A stretch of 57,877 nucleotides of DNA from a virus, in IMG/VR virus record IMGVR_UViG_3300028534_000017, positions 72,284 through 130,160 of that record; one strand, given 5' to 3'. Under the pieces are notes generated by a model. It was not told the origin of the DNA. It saw only the letters and a program-made list of their open reading frames with translations, and made no database searches. Within the stretch, counting starts at the first letter, position 1; every line of letters starts with the position of its first letter. The position numbers and the translations under genes are program-made. This document shows, piece after piece, positions 29,532 to 39,696 of this stretch.

Positions 29532-31352
29532 ATGGAAAATCAAACCATAAATATAGAAGAAATTCCACAAATACAAAATATAAATAAAAGTGTATTAAAT
29601 ATTCTGGATGATTTAAAAATTGTTTCTAATTATCTAGAACCAGAAATACTATTAAATATTTTAGGAATTTTGGATATATTTTACGATGGGGATATATCGG
29701 AAATTAAATTAGATAATAAAAAAAGTAGTCTTGAAAATAAAGAATTATTAGAACATTTAAGTTCTTTAAATAATAATTTATATACGGTACTAGAAAATAT
29801 TCTAGTTATTATTCAAGCTGTTAAAGCGGACTTTGGTGAAATTCCAAAAGTTCTTAGTTTAATTATTAAAGAAATTAGTATTTATATTTTTCAATATAAA
29901 TATGAATTAACATATGATCAGGCTAAAAATAAAATAGAATACAAAGATCATTACGAAAATCTTTTAAAAGAATCTGGTTTGGATTCTTTATACGAAGAGT
30001 TAAATGAATATTTTTATAATGAATTGGATAAAAAACAATTGCATAAAGAAAATATAAAAGCCAAATACGAACATTATTTTCACGATGACACAAATATCCC
30101 AACCAATCACGATAATGATGATTCTTTCCATATAGTATTTCAAATTAATAAAAATTGTAATTTCAAATGTACATATTGTTATGAAGGTCTTGATAAAGTT
30201 ACAGAAATTCTCAAAGAAAAAGATATTGAAGAGTTCGTCAATGGAATAAAAGCATTTCAAAAAGACTTAGAAAAACGTGGAGAAGTTTCTAAATTATCTT
30301 TTAGTATATTGGGTGGAGAACCAACAATAGTCGATCAAAAAATAACTCACAAATTAACAAAGGCTTTATCAGACGAATTAGATTTAAAATATATTATTTT
30401 AATTACTAATAATTATTCGGCTGAAAGAACTATTAAATTCTTTCATCCAGAATTTCCAAAAGAAAAAATAAAGATTCAGGTTTCTTATGATGGTGGAATT
30501 ATTCAAGAAGATTATAGAAAGGATTCTAAAAAAGCCGGAACCAAAGAAAGTATCACTAAAGAAATTTATAAATTACTTGGTAAAGATTATAAAGTAACTT
30601 TAAAAGCCACGTTACCAATAGAAGCAATTAAAGACGTTCCTGAAGCTGTTATGGATTATGTTTCATTTGAAGAAGATATAAATAAGAATAATCATAATCC
30701 TGGAAATTTTTCATATTATCCAACTTTTGACACCACTTCTATTTTAATGTATAAATTACGTCAAAGCATATTATATGGAGATGAATCAGGTAAGAAAAAA
30801 CTATTCGAAGATATAGATAAAACTTTCAGATTTTTATTAAAATTTGAATTAGACCGATTTTTAAATGGTAAAAAAGCTTTTACTAGATGGTTTAGAGAAA
30901 TGAGTTATTCTGCTAATAATTCTGCGTGTTCTGCGGGAATGAAATTATTTGGATTAGATCAAGATGGAAATACTAGATATTGTCATAGAGTTGAATTTGG
31001 CGAAGAACATTCTAAATCTAAATTTCCGTATCCAGAAGAACAATTAAAATCATTAAATTATGGAAATATTAAAAATTTAGAATTTATTGAAAATTTTCAC
31101 AGAACTAAAAAAATAATAGAAAAAGAACATGTTGGTGAAAAAGTAGATAACTTTAGTTATTGTTCTTCTTGTAAAACATTATCATGTGTTAAATGTCCTA
31201 TGATTAGTATTACTCCAGATAGAAGTATGGATACTAATACTTCTATGGATTTATACACAGATATGTATTCTCATGGTCTAACTTTAGCTTGTGAAATCAA
31301 TAATTATATAAGTAAATATTTATATATATTTGATAAAATAATCAATAAATAA
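29532..31352 (+). CDS. Radical SAM/SPASM peptide-protein maturase with a ~200-aa N-terminal extension
   Basis: CNFKCTYC, LGGEP, VSYDG; SPASM-like Cx12Gx4C ... CSSCKTLSCVKC ... LAC. Confidence 0.88.
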   Translation: MENQTINIEEIPQIQNINKSVLNILDDLKIVSNYLEPEILLNILGILDIFYDGDISEIKLDNKKSSLENKELLEHLSSLNNNLYTVLENILVIIQAVKADFGEIPKVLSLIIKEISIYIFQYKYELTYDQAKNKIEYKDHYENLLKESGLDSLYEELNEYFYNELDKKQLHKENIKAKYEHYFHDDTNIPTNHDNDDSFHIVFQINKNCNFKCTYCYEGLDKVTEILKEKDIEEFVNGIKAFQKDLEKRGEVSKLSFSILGGEPTIVDQKITHKLTKALSDELDLKYIILITNNYSAERTIKFFHPEFPKEKIKIQVSYDGGIIQEDYRKDSKKAGTKESITKEIYKLLGKDYKVTLKATLPIEAIKDVPEAVMDYVSFEEDINKNNHNPGNFSYYPTFDTTSILMYKLRQSILYGDESGKKKLFEDIDKTFRFLLKFELDRFLNGKKAFTRWFREMSYSANNSACSAGMKLFGLDQDGNTRYCHRVEFGEEHSKSKFPYPEEQLKSLNYGNIKNLEFIENFHRTKKIIEKEHVGEKVDNFSYCSSCKTLSCVKCPMISITPDRSMDTNTSMDLYTDMYSHGLTLACEINNYISKYLYIFDKIINK

Positions 31353-31370
31353 AAATTAAAAAGGAATTAT

Positions 31371-31946
31371 ATGGGTACCACATCAACTACAATGACCTCC
31401 TGTAAATTTAATTCGGTTTCCTTCGAAACTGGAAATCCTGCCTATACTACTCGATGCGATGCATTGATTAGTAAGAGTCCTCCTCCAGGTACAAATGTTG
31501 ATCAGGGCGCCACCTGCCCAGATTATATGGCAACATGTAGTACAAATTTTTCAACTACTATCGAAAATAAATTTGCTCCGACATCACCAAATAATTTGGT
31601 AATTGATGACCATCATTTTAGAGATTTATATCTTTTGGCGAATGATATAGCAGATAATAGAAATTTTTTAGATCCTGCGGCAATGCCAAGTAATATAACT
31701 GCTGGAAATATAGTTAATCATAACGATTACAATGGTTTAAAATTATGGGCTGATAGTATTGCTGGAGCAAATTTAAACGTCACTTATCGTTCAAGAGGAA
31801 ATCTTATCGATAATGCTAGTCTTTTAACTTTAAAGGCAAAATATAAAGAAATTGCTGTATTGTGTAATACAAATGGACACTGTGCATGCGATAGTATTTG
31901 TACATGTAATACTGTTTGTACTTGCAATTGTGTTACTAATTATTAA
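31371..31946 (+). CDS. Cys-rich fibre-like protein, candidate rSAM substrate
   Basis: C-terminus CNTNGHCACDSICTCNTVCTCNCVTNY; GNIVNHNDYNGLK and GNLIDNASLLTLK repeats. Confidence 0.7.
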   Translation: MGTTSTTMTSCKFNSVSFETGNPAYTTRCDALISKSPPPGTNVDQGATCPDYMATCSTNFSTTIENKFAPTSPNNLVIDDHHFRDLYLLANDIADNRNFLDPAAMPSNITAGNIVNHNDYNGLKLWADSIAGANLNVTYRSRGNLIDNASLLTLKAKYKEIAVLCNTNGHCACDSICTCNTVCTCNCVTNY

Positions 31947-31959
31947 TAAAGGAAATTAT

Positions 31960-32586
31960 ATGCAAATAGCGTTAATAAATAAATTAAATAATAAATTCGT
32001 AATTACCGAAATTTCTGAATTTGGTGGTTTAGATTTAGAAATTTTTTCATTATGGGCATCTATAGATAATAATACTAAATTTCATTATAAAGCATTATTA
32101 AATTTATATAATCATGTTTATATAAATGAATCTAGCGTTTTAAATCAAAAAATTACAACAGGTAGTTTTATTTTTGATCCAAATGATCTTAGGAATATTA
32201 AAGCGCCGGAAACGGAAGTTCATGAGCCTTCTGATTTAGAATTAAAAAAAATAGAATTTTTAAATAAATTAGATAAAGATTTTTCTATGAATATTAATAA
32301 AACTAATTTCTTAAAATATATTCATTATATCAATCTTTTCAATTATTTTGCATCTATTGGAATTTTTATTACTAAAGAAAATAAAGAAGATAGATATATC
32401 GAAATATTGGAATTAGATGATGAAACGGCTATAGAAAAATTAGAGTTATATCTTAATCTTCAGGATGAAATAGACGAATTCTTAAATTTAAATACGAATT
32501 TAATAAATTTAAAAGAAGAAATTGAATATGCGGATGAAGAAGAATTTGATAAAATTTTAGAAGAAAATCAAACTACTTCATTATAA
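31960..32586 (+). CDS. Hypothetical protein, possible fibre chaperone
   Basis: ORF 31852..32586; start moved to MQIAL at 31960 after AAGGA; helical acidic C-terminus. Confidence 0.55.
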   Translation: MQIALINKLNNKFVITEISEFGGLDLEIFSLWASIDNNTKFHYKALLNLYNHVYINESSVLNQKITTGSFIFDPNDLRNIKAPETEVHEPSDLELKKIEFLNKLDKDFSMNINKTNFLKYIHYINLFNYFASIGIFITKENKEDRYIEILELDDETAIEKLELYLNLQDEIDEFLNLNTNLINLKEEIEYADEEEFDKILEENQTTSL

Positions 32587-32597
32587 AAATTATAAAA

Positions 32598-33443
32598 ATG
32601 AAAAATATATCATTATTACAAGAAAACAGATTCGGTCCCCGTAAAAGAGGATCGAATACCATTCCTGCCAAAATTTTTAGAAGATATGGTTATACTTTAA
32701 TAAATGAACCAAACGAAGATAAATTTATTAATTTTTATAGAATGCCTTCTAATAAAATATTCAACTCGAATTTATTATTTACTTATTCCAAATCAAAAAT
32801 AGAATTAGTAAAAGATAATCAATTTTCTGAGAAACTAAATTTTATATATTTAAAAAATAAAAATAAAATATATTCGAATGGTTTTTATTATAGTAAATAT
32901 TTTGATATGTTATATTATCCAAGATATTTTTTCGAAATAACTATTGATAGTCAACTATCAATAGTTAACTATCAATCAAAATTCTATAAATTTGGTATTT
33001 ATAATCGTCCAGAATGTAACGACGAAAATATTTTATTAAAATATATCGTAGAAAACAATATTGAAAAGGAAAATGTTTTAATATTTGGTAAATCTATAGC
33101 TGGGTTTGATAACGAAACTAATCAAAATCTTTTTTTTAAAAGTATAGAAACTTATTTGATAAATAATGTTGATTATGACTGCGTTTCTAATACCTTATTA
33201 GAGGCATTGTACTTAAATAAAAAAATATTGTTAATGAATCCATTTTCAGTTGCCAATGACAATAAAGCTTTTTTAGAAGTTATAAATTATTTTGGAAAAG
33301 ATATATTTTTCCAAAAATTAAATAAATTGAATGATTATTGTTGGAAAAATTTAAATGAAGATAATTTTAAAAAAAGATCCGAAAAGATACAAATACTTTT
33401 TAAAAAATCTAAAACGTTTAAAGATTTTTTATTAAATTTTTAA
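32598..33443 (+). CDS. Glycosyltransferase-like protein (GT-B)
   Basis: FFKSIETYL...DCVSNTLLEALYLNKKI resembles the GT4-type acidic-x7-E donor motif. Confidence 0.5.
   Translation: MKNISLLQENRFGPRKRGSNTIPAKIFRRYGYTLINEPNEDKFINFYRMPSNKIFNSNLLFTYSKSKIELVKDNQFSEKLNFIYLKNKNKIYSNGFYYSKYFDMLYYPRYFFEITIDSQLSIVNYQSKFYKFGIYNRPECNDENILLKYIVENNIEKENVLIFGKSIAGFDNETNQNLFFKSIETYLINNVDYDCVSNTLLEALYLNKKILLMNPFSVANDNKAFLEVINYFGKDIFFQKLNKLNDYCWKNLNEDNFKKRSEKIQILFKKSKTFKDFLLNF
32939..32976. repeat. ATAGTTAACTAT array inside a CDS
   Basis: AACTATTGATAGTCAACTATCAATAGTTAACTATCAAT, 14-bp phase. Confidence 0.85.
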
Positions 33444-33479
33444 AATATAAATATAAATATAAATTAAATAAGGCTAAAA

Positions 33480-34268
33480 ATGTTAAAAACTTCAAACGAA
33501 TTAAGTTTAATTATTTATCCTAGAAAAATTTCAGGAATAATTTTTTATGCTTTAGAGTACTATATTTATTTATTAGAAAATAATATGAAAATAGATATTA
33601 TTTTTATAATTGATTCTAAAAATAAAAATTTAAAAAATAAGCTGATTGAATTAATAATAGAAAAATATTCTAAATATTACGTGGATTTATTAGTAAAAAA
33701 TATTATTTTTACTAAAGATAGAATTCATAGTAAAAATATTTTAATTCTTGATTATAGTACCTTTGATTTATTAAATAAAAAAATATTTTATAAAAAGTGC
33801 TTTTATAATTACACGAATTCTATCGAATCTTTAAATTTATCTTTTGATAAATTCTGCAATTTAAAAAATATTATTCCTTTTGGTAATAAATATTTCTCCT
33901 TAGTTTCTAATAATTTTCCATTGTTAATTAATTTTAAAATGTTTAAAAAATTATCAAATTTTAAATCCGAAGTATTTATAGAAAATAAAAAATTAATAAG
34001 TACTCATAGACAAACTGTTACCAATTTTCATAAGAATTTCAATACCTTAATTTTATTTAGGGTTGATTTTGATAGAGCAAATAGATTAATACCAGAATCA
34101 AAATTCTATAATAAAAAGATTATTATTTTTAATCATTTAAGAATTAATAAAAAAATTAAAGATAGTATTGATTATTTAATGAATATTTATTCTTTATTTT
34201 TGGACTATCCAAATATATACGAATCTGGTTTTTACGAATTTTTAAAAGAACATACAAAGGAAGAATAA
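33480..34268 (+). CDS. Glycosyltransferase-like protein (GT-B)
   Basis: SGIIFYALEY; FDRANRLIPESKFYNKKI; paralogue of 35097. Confidence 0.5.
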   Translation: MLKTSNELSLIIYPRKISGIIFYALEYYIYLLENNMKIDIIFIIDSKNKNLKNKLIELIIEKYSKYYVDLLVKNIIFTKDRIHSKNILILDYSTFDLLNKKIFYKKCFYNYTNSIESLNLSFDKFCNLKNIIPFGNKYFSLVSNNFPLLINFKMFKKLSNFKSEVFIENKKLISTHRQTVTNFHKNFNTLILFRVDFDRANRLIPESKFYNKKIIIFNHLRINKKIKDSIDYLMNIYSLFLDYPNIYESGFYEFLKEHTKEE

Positions 34269-35080
34269 TGCAATCTAAACTATCAAAACTTGTTTTTAAT
34301 CATATAAATATAAATTTTACCCTTACCGAATCATGCAACTTTAAATGTTCTTATTGTATTCAAGGGTTTAATCAAGATTCACCCATTGTTCTTAATATTA
34401 ATTATTTTGAATTAATATTAAAAAAATTAAAAAAAGAAATTATAAAAAATAAAATAACTTCGCTGGATATTACATTAATGGGTGGAGAATTAAGTACCCA
34501 AATAAATTTTTTAAATTATTTTGAATTAATAAACAAAGTATTTGAAAATTCTTCTATAGAAGTTCATGTTAATTTTTTAACTAATTTTTCTGGAAATTTT
34601 AATTTTTTTGAAAAATTAAATAATATGTTTAATAAAATATCAATTACATTTGATATAAGTATTCATCCAGAGTATTTTACAAAAATAAATCTTTCGAAAA
34701 TTATAAAATTTATAAATATTATAGATAATAAAAATGATATTATAATAAATTATTTATATTCTAATTATATTTTTATTCCAGATTTTGAATTAGAATTAGA
34801 TAAATTAAAACTATTAAATAAAAAAATTATTATAAATAAAACATTAATTAGAAAAGCTGGTTATATAGATAAAAAAAGAACTATTGGTAGATACTGTAAT
34901 GCTTTATATTATCTTGTATTTCCAGATGGAAAAATAATTGATCAATGTAGACAAAAAGAATTTAATTTTATCAATTTTAAAGTTATTCCAAAAATTATAG
35001 AATGTTATAGAGAATGTCCATGTCCATTTTTGGAAAAAGAATTTGTCCAAATTAATAAAAACCAAATAATTAATAATTAA
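34268..35080 (+). CDS. Short radical SAM protein, family A
   Basis: CNFKCSYC, MGGELS, TNFSGN, C-terminal C..C..CxxxCPC. Confidence 0.88.
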   Translation: MQSKLSKLVFNHININFTLTESCNFKCSYCIQGFNQDSPIVLNINYFELILKKLKKEIIKNKITSLDITLMGGELSTQINFLNYFELINKVFENSSIEVHVNFLTNFSGNFNFFEKLNNMFNKISITFDISIHPEYFTKINLSKIIKFINIIDNKNDIIINYLYSNYIFIPDFELELDKLKLLNKKIIINKTLIRKAGYIDKKRTIGRYCNALYYLVFPDGKIIDQCRQKEFNFINFKVIPKIIECYRECPCPFLEKEFVQINKNQIINN

Positions 35081-35096
35081 TAATTAAAGAGAAATT

Positions 35097-35951
35097 ATGA
35101 ATAAAATAACATTAACCTATTGTCCAAGCAATATTGAAAAAAATAGAATTTGTGGTCATACTTTCGAAGTGATGGATTATTTTCTATTATTATACGATTT
35201 AAATTATTCGGTAAATATATTAATACAAGAAAAAATAAATAAACAAGTAATATTCGATGCTTGGGAAGATAAATACGATTTACCAAAAGATTATAAAAAA
35301 TTTATTAATTTTAAACCAAACACAAAAATAATTTTAGCAGATACTTTAATAATTACTAGTGGTTTAAACGAAAATTATTTGAATAAAGTTAAGGTAATAT
35401 CTAAAAAACTAATATTATTTCGTTGTAACCCAAGTATTAATTATTCAAATATAATTGATAATAAAAAGGTATTTTTATTAAATGATATGCGGGTTTATAA
35501 AGACAATATTGGGGATCATTATATAAAAAAAATATACTTTAAAAGATTTAAAAAACTTAATAAAATAGATAAAAAAAATAATAAAACTTTAATTTATATT
35601 AATTCTAATTTAAGAAAATTAGAAACTATTAAAGAAGATAAAAATATGTTGTATGTTTCCGGCACTGATCATAACTTTGGGTCATTCGTATTACAAGCTC
35701 CTATAAAAAAATTATTTGATAAATTTGATACTTTTTTATACACTAGAACTACTAGACAATTCGACTGTAGTCCAAGATTAATAACCGAATGTTATTATTA
35801 TAATAAAAAAATAGAATTTGATTTTAATTTTAAAGAATATTGTGGGCCAGATTATGGGGATACTGGATTATATTGGAGAATGTATGATATTAATACAGAT
35901 TTCGACAAAGTATTTCTTACCGAAGAAGATGAAGTACTTAATTATATTTAA
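35097..35951 (+). CDS. Glycosyltransferase-like protein (GT-B)
   Basis: CGHTFEVMDY; FDCSPRLITECYYYNKKI. Confidence 0.5.
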   Translation: MNKITLTYCPSNIEKNRICGHTFEVMDYFLLLYDLNYSVNILIQEKINKQVIFDAWEDKYDLPKDYKKFINFKPNTKIILADTLIITSGLNENYLNKVKVISKKLILFRCNPSINYSNIIDNKKVFLLNDMRVYKDNIGDHYIKKIYFKRFKKLNKIDKKNNKTLIYINSNLRKLETIKEDKNMLYVSGTDHNFGSFVLQAPIKKLFDKFDTFLYTRTTRQFDCSPRLITECYYYNKKIEFDFNFKEYCGPDYGDTGLYWRMYDINTDFDKVFLTEEDEVLNYI

Positions 35952-35960
35952 AGGGATACA

Positions 35961-36794
35961 ATGAAATTATTTAACAAAATAGAATTATTTTCCGAATTAA
36001 CTTTTTTTTGTAATTGGAAATGTTCTTATTGTTGTCAAAATGTTGATCATAATGATACAAACTTAATTTCGGCAAAAACTTATAAATTATTATTATATAA
36101 ATTTTTATCTGAAGTTAAAAAAGAAAATATTCCAAATATCGAAATTACTTTAATGGGTGGGGAATTAAGTACAAATAAAGAATTTTTAAAACATTTTGAA
36201 ATCACTTTTGAATTATTACATAAATTTAATATTAATGCGGACTCGATATTAATAGTTTTTAGTACTAACTTTTCTGGAAATTTTGATTTTTTTAATGAAC
36301 TAATGGATATAAACAATAATTATCCAACTATTAATTTCTGTATGAATATATCAATACATGAGGAATATTATCAACAAGAAGAAAAAATATTAAAATTTAT
36401 AGAAAAAGTAAATAAAATAAAAAATATGATAATAGATATTCAATTTTTAGAAAGTAAAAATCCAAAATTTATAAATTGTTTTAATTTATTTAAAAAACAT
36501 TTTGACAAATTAAATAAAAAAATAAATATAATAAGTACCCCTTTAATTCAAAAAGGTTTAGCGAAAGAAAATAATTGTGGTATTGATATTTCTAAAAAAA
36601 TTAATTCAAGGCTATGTGACGTATTAACTTATTCTATAATGAATAATAAAATAATAGATAGATGCAAAAATAAAGAATATAATTTTGGAAATTTTAAAAT
36701 TGATAAAACTTTATATAAATGTGATAAAATTTGCCCATGTTCATACATGCCGGACGAATTTAATCAACTACCAATTATATCGGATAAAGAATAA
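35961..36794 (+). CDS. Short radical SAM protein, family A
   Basis: CNWKCSYC, MGGELS, TNFSGN, CDKICPC. Confidence 0.88.
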   Translation: MKLFNKIELFSELTFFCNWKCSYCCQNVDHNDTNLISAKTYKLLLYKFLSEVKKENIPNIEITLMGGELSTNKEFLKHFEITFELLHKFNINADSILIVFSTNFSGNFDFFNELMDINNNYPTINFCMNISIHEEYYQQEEKILKFIEKVNKIKNMIIDIQFLESKNPKFINCFNLFKKHFDKLNKKINIISTPLIQKGLAKENNCGIDISKKINSRLCDVLTYSIMNNKIIDRCKNKEYNFGNFKIDKTLYKCDKICPCSYMPDEFNQLPIISDKE

Positions 36795-36803
36795 GGAAAT
36801 TTA

Positions 36804-37685
36804 ATGAATTACAATATACCAGATAAAGAAAATCGAGAGTTTGGAACCTTCGTCGAATTTAGTATAAATTTAACTACTAAATGCAATTGGAATTGTTCTT
36901 ATTGTAACCAAAATTCAAATCATAAAAACGATGATAAATTATCTTTTGGAATTTATAAATTATTAATAAAAAAAATATTAAAAGAATTTCATAAATCTGG
37001 TATTAAATACTGTTCCTTATCTTTACTTGGTGGTGAACTAAGCATAGATATGGACTATATTAATTATTTTAAATTTTTATTACAGGAAGTAAAACAATAC
37101 GATATTATTTTAGATATGGATTTAATTACAAATTTTTCGGGAAATAAAGATTTTTTTGAGGAATTTCTAAAATTATCTAAAATATATAATAAACATCATT
37201 TTATTATAACATGTACTCTACATGAAGAGTACTATCAGAATAAGGAATCTCTTCTTAAAATAATAACAAAAGCAAATCAGTTAAACTTAGAAAATTATAA
37301 TGTTAATATCGATTTTAAGTATTTAATTTCGGATTCTCCAAAATCAATAAAATTACAAAAACTATTAAAAGAAAAAGATATTAAAAGAAAAATATTAAAA
37401 AATAAATTTATTAATTTACAAACTGATTATTTAATAGACCCTGTTTTTAAAAATTATAATTATGGTAAAAAATTAAAAACTAGAGAATATTTTTTATGCG
37501 ATGCTTTATTTTATAGATTTTCGAATAATAAAATAGTAGATATATGTAGAAAGAAAGAATACTCTTTTATAAATTTTCGAATTGATAAAACTCTTATTAA
37601 TTGTAATCGAGACTGTCCCTGTTCGCATTTACCATCTACGTTTAATACTAGAATTAAACAGAATAAAATTACAAAGGAAATATAA
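36804..37685 (+). CDS. Short radical SAM protein, family A
   Basis: CNWNCSYC, LGGELS, TNFSGN, CNRDCPC. Confidence 0.88.
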   Translation: MNYNIPDKENREFGTFVEFSINLTTKCNWNCSYCNQNSNHKNDDKLSFGIYKLLIKKILKEFHKSGIKYCSLSLLGGELSIDMDYINYFKFLLQEVKQYDIILDMDLITNFSGNKDFFEEFLKLSKIYNKHHFIITCTLHEEYYQNKESLLKIITKANQLNLENYNVNIDFKYLISDSPKSIKLQKLLKEKDIKRKILKNKFINLQTDYLIDPVFKNYNYGKKLKTREYFLCDALFYRFSNNKIVDICRKKEYSFINFRIDKTLINCNRDCPCSHLPSTFNTRIKQNKITKEI

Positions 37686-38299
37686 TGAAGGCACGGAATA
37701 CCCAAAAACTAGAAAAACAGGAATCAAAAAATATTTTAAAAGATTTAAATAAAAATATGAAAATTGATCAAATAAGATTTTTAAAATTAGTAAAAAAATA
37801 TGAAAATATAGAATTTAATAATTTTTTAAAAGCTGGTATTAATTATTGGTCAAAGATTATAAACGGCAAAATTTATATGAGTGAAGAATATTTTTTAAAA
37901 TATTATTATGTTATGTCTAAAGACGAAAAATTGGAGAATTATTCTTATGAAAAATTTAAGGAAGATTTTTTAAAATTTTGTAATGAGTTACCATACGTAT
38001 TAAATTATAAATTTGAAAATGATTTATTAATTGGGGATTTAAGTAACTTCGGTATTAAAAATATAAATGATTATAAAAATAAAATTATTACTAAAAAACC
38101 AAATATAATAAAAGATATTAATACCGATCGTGTACTTTATAATTTAAGTATTTTTGACGAATGTTTTTATAATTGGATCGATGACGATAATCCAACTTTA
38201 ATATGTCCAACATGTGTTTTTAGAATCAATAAAAATAATTTATTAAATTATAATATTGATTTTTCAAGTACTTATAAAATCAATACGGATAATTTATGA
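37685..38299 (+). CDS. Hypothetical protein, weakly kinase-like
   Basis: IFDECFYNWI resembles a DxxxxN loop; CPTC motif. Confidence 0.35.
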   Translation: MKARNTQKLEKQESKNILKDLNKNMKIDQIRFLKLVKKYENIEFNNFLKAGINYWSKIINGKIYMSEEYFLKYYYVMSKDEKLENYSYEKFKEDFLKFCNELPYVLNYKFENDLLIGDLSNFGIKNINDYKNKIITKKPNIIKDINTDRVLYNLSIFDECFYNWIDDDNPTLICPTCVFRINKNNLLNYNIDFSSTYKINTDNL

Positions 38300-39060
38300 A
38301 ACTAGATAGTTTGGATATAAATATATTTTTAAATGATTCTTGTAATTGGAATTGTTCTTATTGCGGACAAAACCAACATTCAAATAAAAAAATTAATAAA
38401 GAAATTCTTTATAAAAATTTAAAAAAGTTTAAAAAAGAATTAAATAATTTTTTAAAAATTAACAAAATATCTAATATAAATATTATATTCCAAGGTGGGG
38501 AATTAAGTACGGATATAAAAACTTTAACGCGTATAAAAGAAATAAAAAATATGTTTGAAGATATTCCAAATTTAAATTATATATTCCTTACTAACTTTTC
38601 TGGAAATTTAAAATACTTTGATAAATTATTAACTATTTTAGATATTAAGGTAATTGCTACTTTACATCAGGAATATATAAATGAAAAATTATTAATAGAA
38701 TTTATTACTAAAGCAGAGCTCTTAAATAAAAAGTACCCCAATAAAATAATTTTTAATTTATTATATAGCACTGATCCAAATTTTAGAAAATTATTAAAAT
38801 TATTAAATAAATATAATATTTTTGACAACGACTTACTAAAAATAGAAAAAGATTTTTTAATAAAAAAAGGAAAAAATTTTAACGGTAAATATGGATTACC
38901 ATTGGTAAAAGAAAAAGAAATTTATATAAATAAAAAGGATATTGTTCTAAATTATCATTTTGAAAAAGATAGTATTATAGATATAATAAATAATACTATA
39001 ATGAATTATAATAATTTTAATATAAATATTACTAATAAAATAATGCGGATGGAAAAATAA
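38296..39060 (+). CDS. Short radical SAM protein, family A, lacking auxiliary Cys
   Basis: CNWNCSYC, QGGELS, TNFSGN; no C-terminal cysteines. Confidence 0.85.
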   Translation: MKLDSLDINIFLNDSCNWNCSYCGQNQHSNKKINKEILYKNLKKFKKELNNFLKINKISNINIIFQGGELSTDIKTLTRIKEIKNMFEDIPNLNYIFLTNFSGNLKYFDKLLTILDIKVIATLHQEYINEKLLIEFITKAELLNKKYPNKIIFNLLYSTDPNFRKLLKLLNKYNIFDNDLLKIEKDFLIKKGKNFNGKYGLPLVKEKEIYINKKDIVLNYHFEKDSIIDIINNTIMNYNNFNINITNKIMRMEK

Positions 39061-39061
39061 A

Positions 39062-39694
39062 ATGCGAAAAAATTACGAAATAAATTTAACATATACTTGT
39101 AATTGGAACTGTTCGTACTGCTGTGTAGATACTCATAATAAAAATATATCTTTTACTAAAGTAAAAGAATTATTAAAAATTATAGAACCAAATTCGACTG
39201 TTTCTTTAAGTGGTGGAGAAGTTGGAACTTTACCAAAATATAAAATAGAATATGTAATTAAACAATTAATAATAAAAAATTGCGATATTTCTTTAAATAC
39301 AAATGGTTTATTTCTTAATAAATATCCAGAATTAATAAAATACTTTGATGAAATATTATATCATTGTTCTGAAAATTTAGATAATAGTATAACTTTAAAT
39401 AAAAAATTATTGGAACTTTATAATAAAAATATTTTAAAATTATTACTAGTTATAGATAATAATGGTTTAAAAAAATTAAATACTTTCGATTTTAAATATA
39501 CCTATGATATTATACCCGCCACAAATAGTACTGGAAAAAATATGAGTAAATTGGATAAAAAACTATATCCCAAATTATTAAAATATAAAAAATATATGAT
39601 AAAAGAAAGTTACAAAAAATTAATAAAAAATACGCGATACGATGATATCGTATATCTAGATGAAAATACTTTAACCGAAAACAATAGAGGATAA
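39062..39694 (+). CDS. Minimal radical SAM protein
   Basis: CNWNCSYC, LSGGE, NTNG; 210 aa. Confidence 0.85.
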   Translation: MRKNYEINLTYTCNWNCSYCCVDTHNKNISFTKVKELLKIIEPNSTVSLSGGEVGTLPKYKIEYVIKQLIIKNCDISLNTNGLFLNKYPELIKYFDEILYHCSENLDNSITLNKKLLELYNKNILKLLLVIDNNGLKKLNTFDFKYTYDIIPATNSTGKNMSKLDKKLYPKLLKYKKYMIKESYKKLIKNTRYDDIVYLDENTLTENNRG

Positions 39695-39696
39695 TT

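Noticed and set aside
31371-31946. Secreted bacteriocin precursor
   Set aside because: 191 aa with fibre-like repeats; no double-Gly leader, exporter, peptidase or immunity gene nearby.
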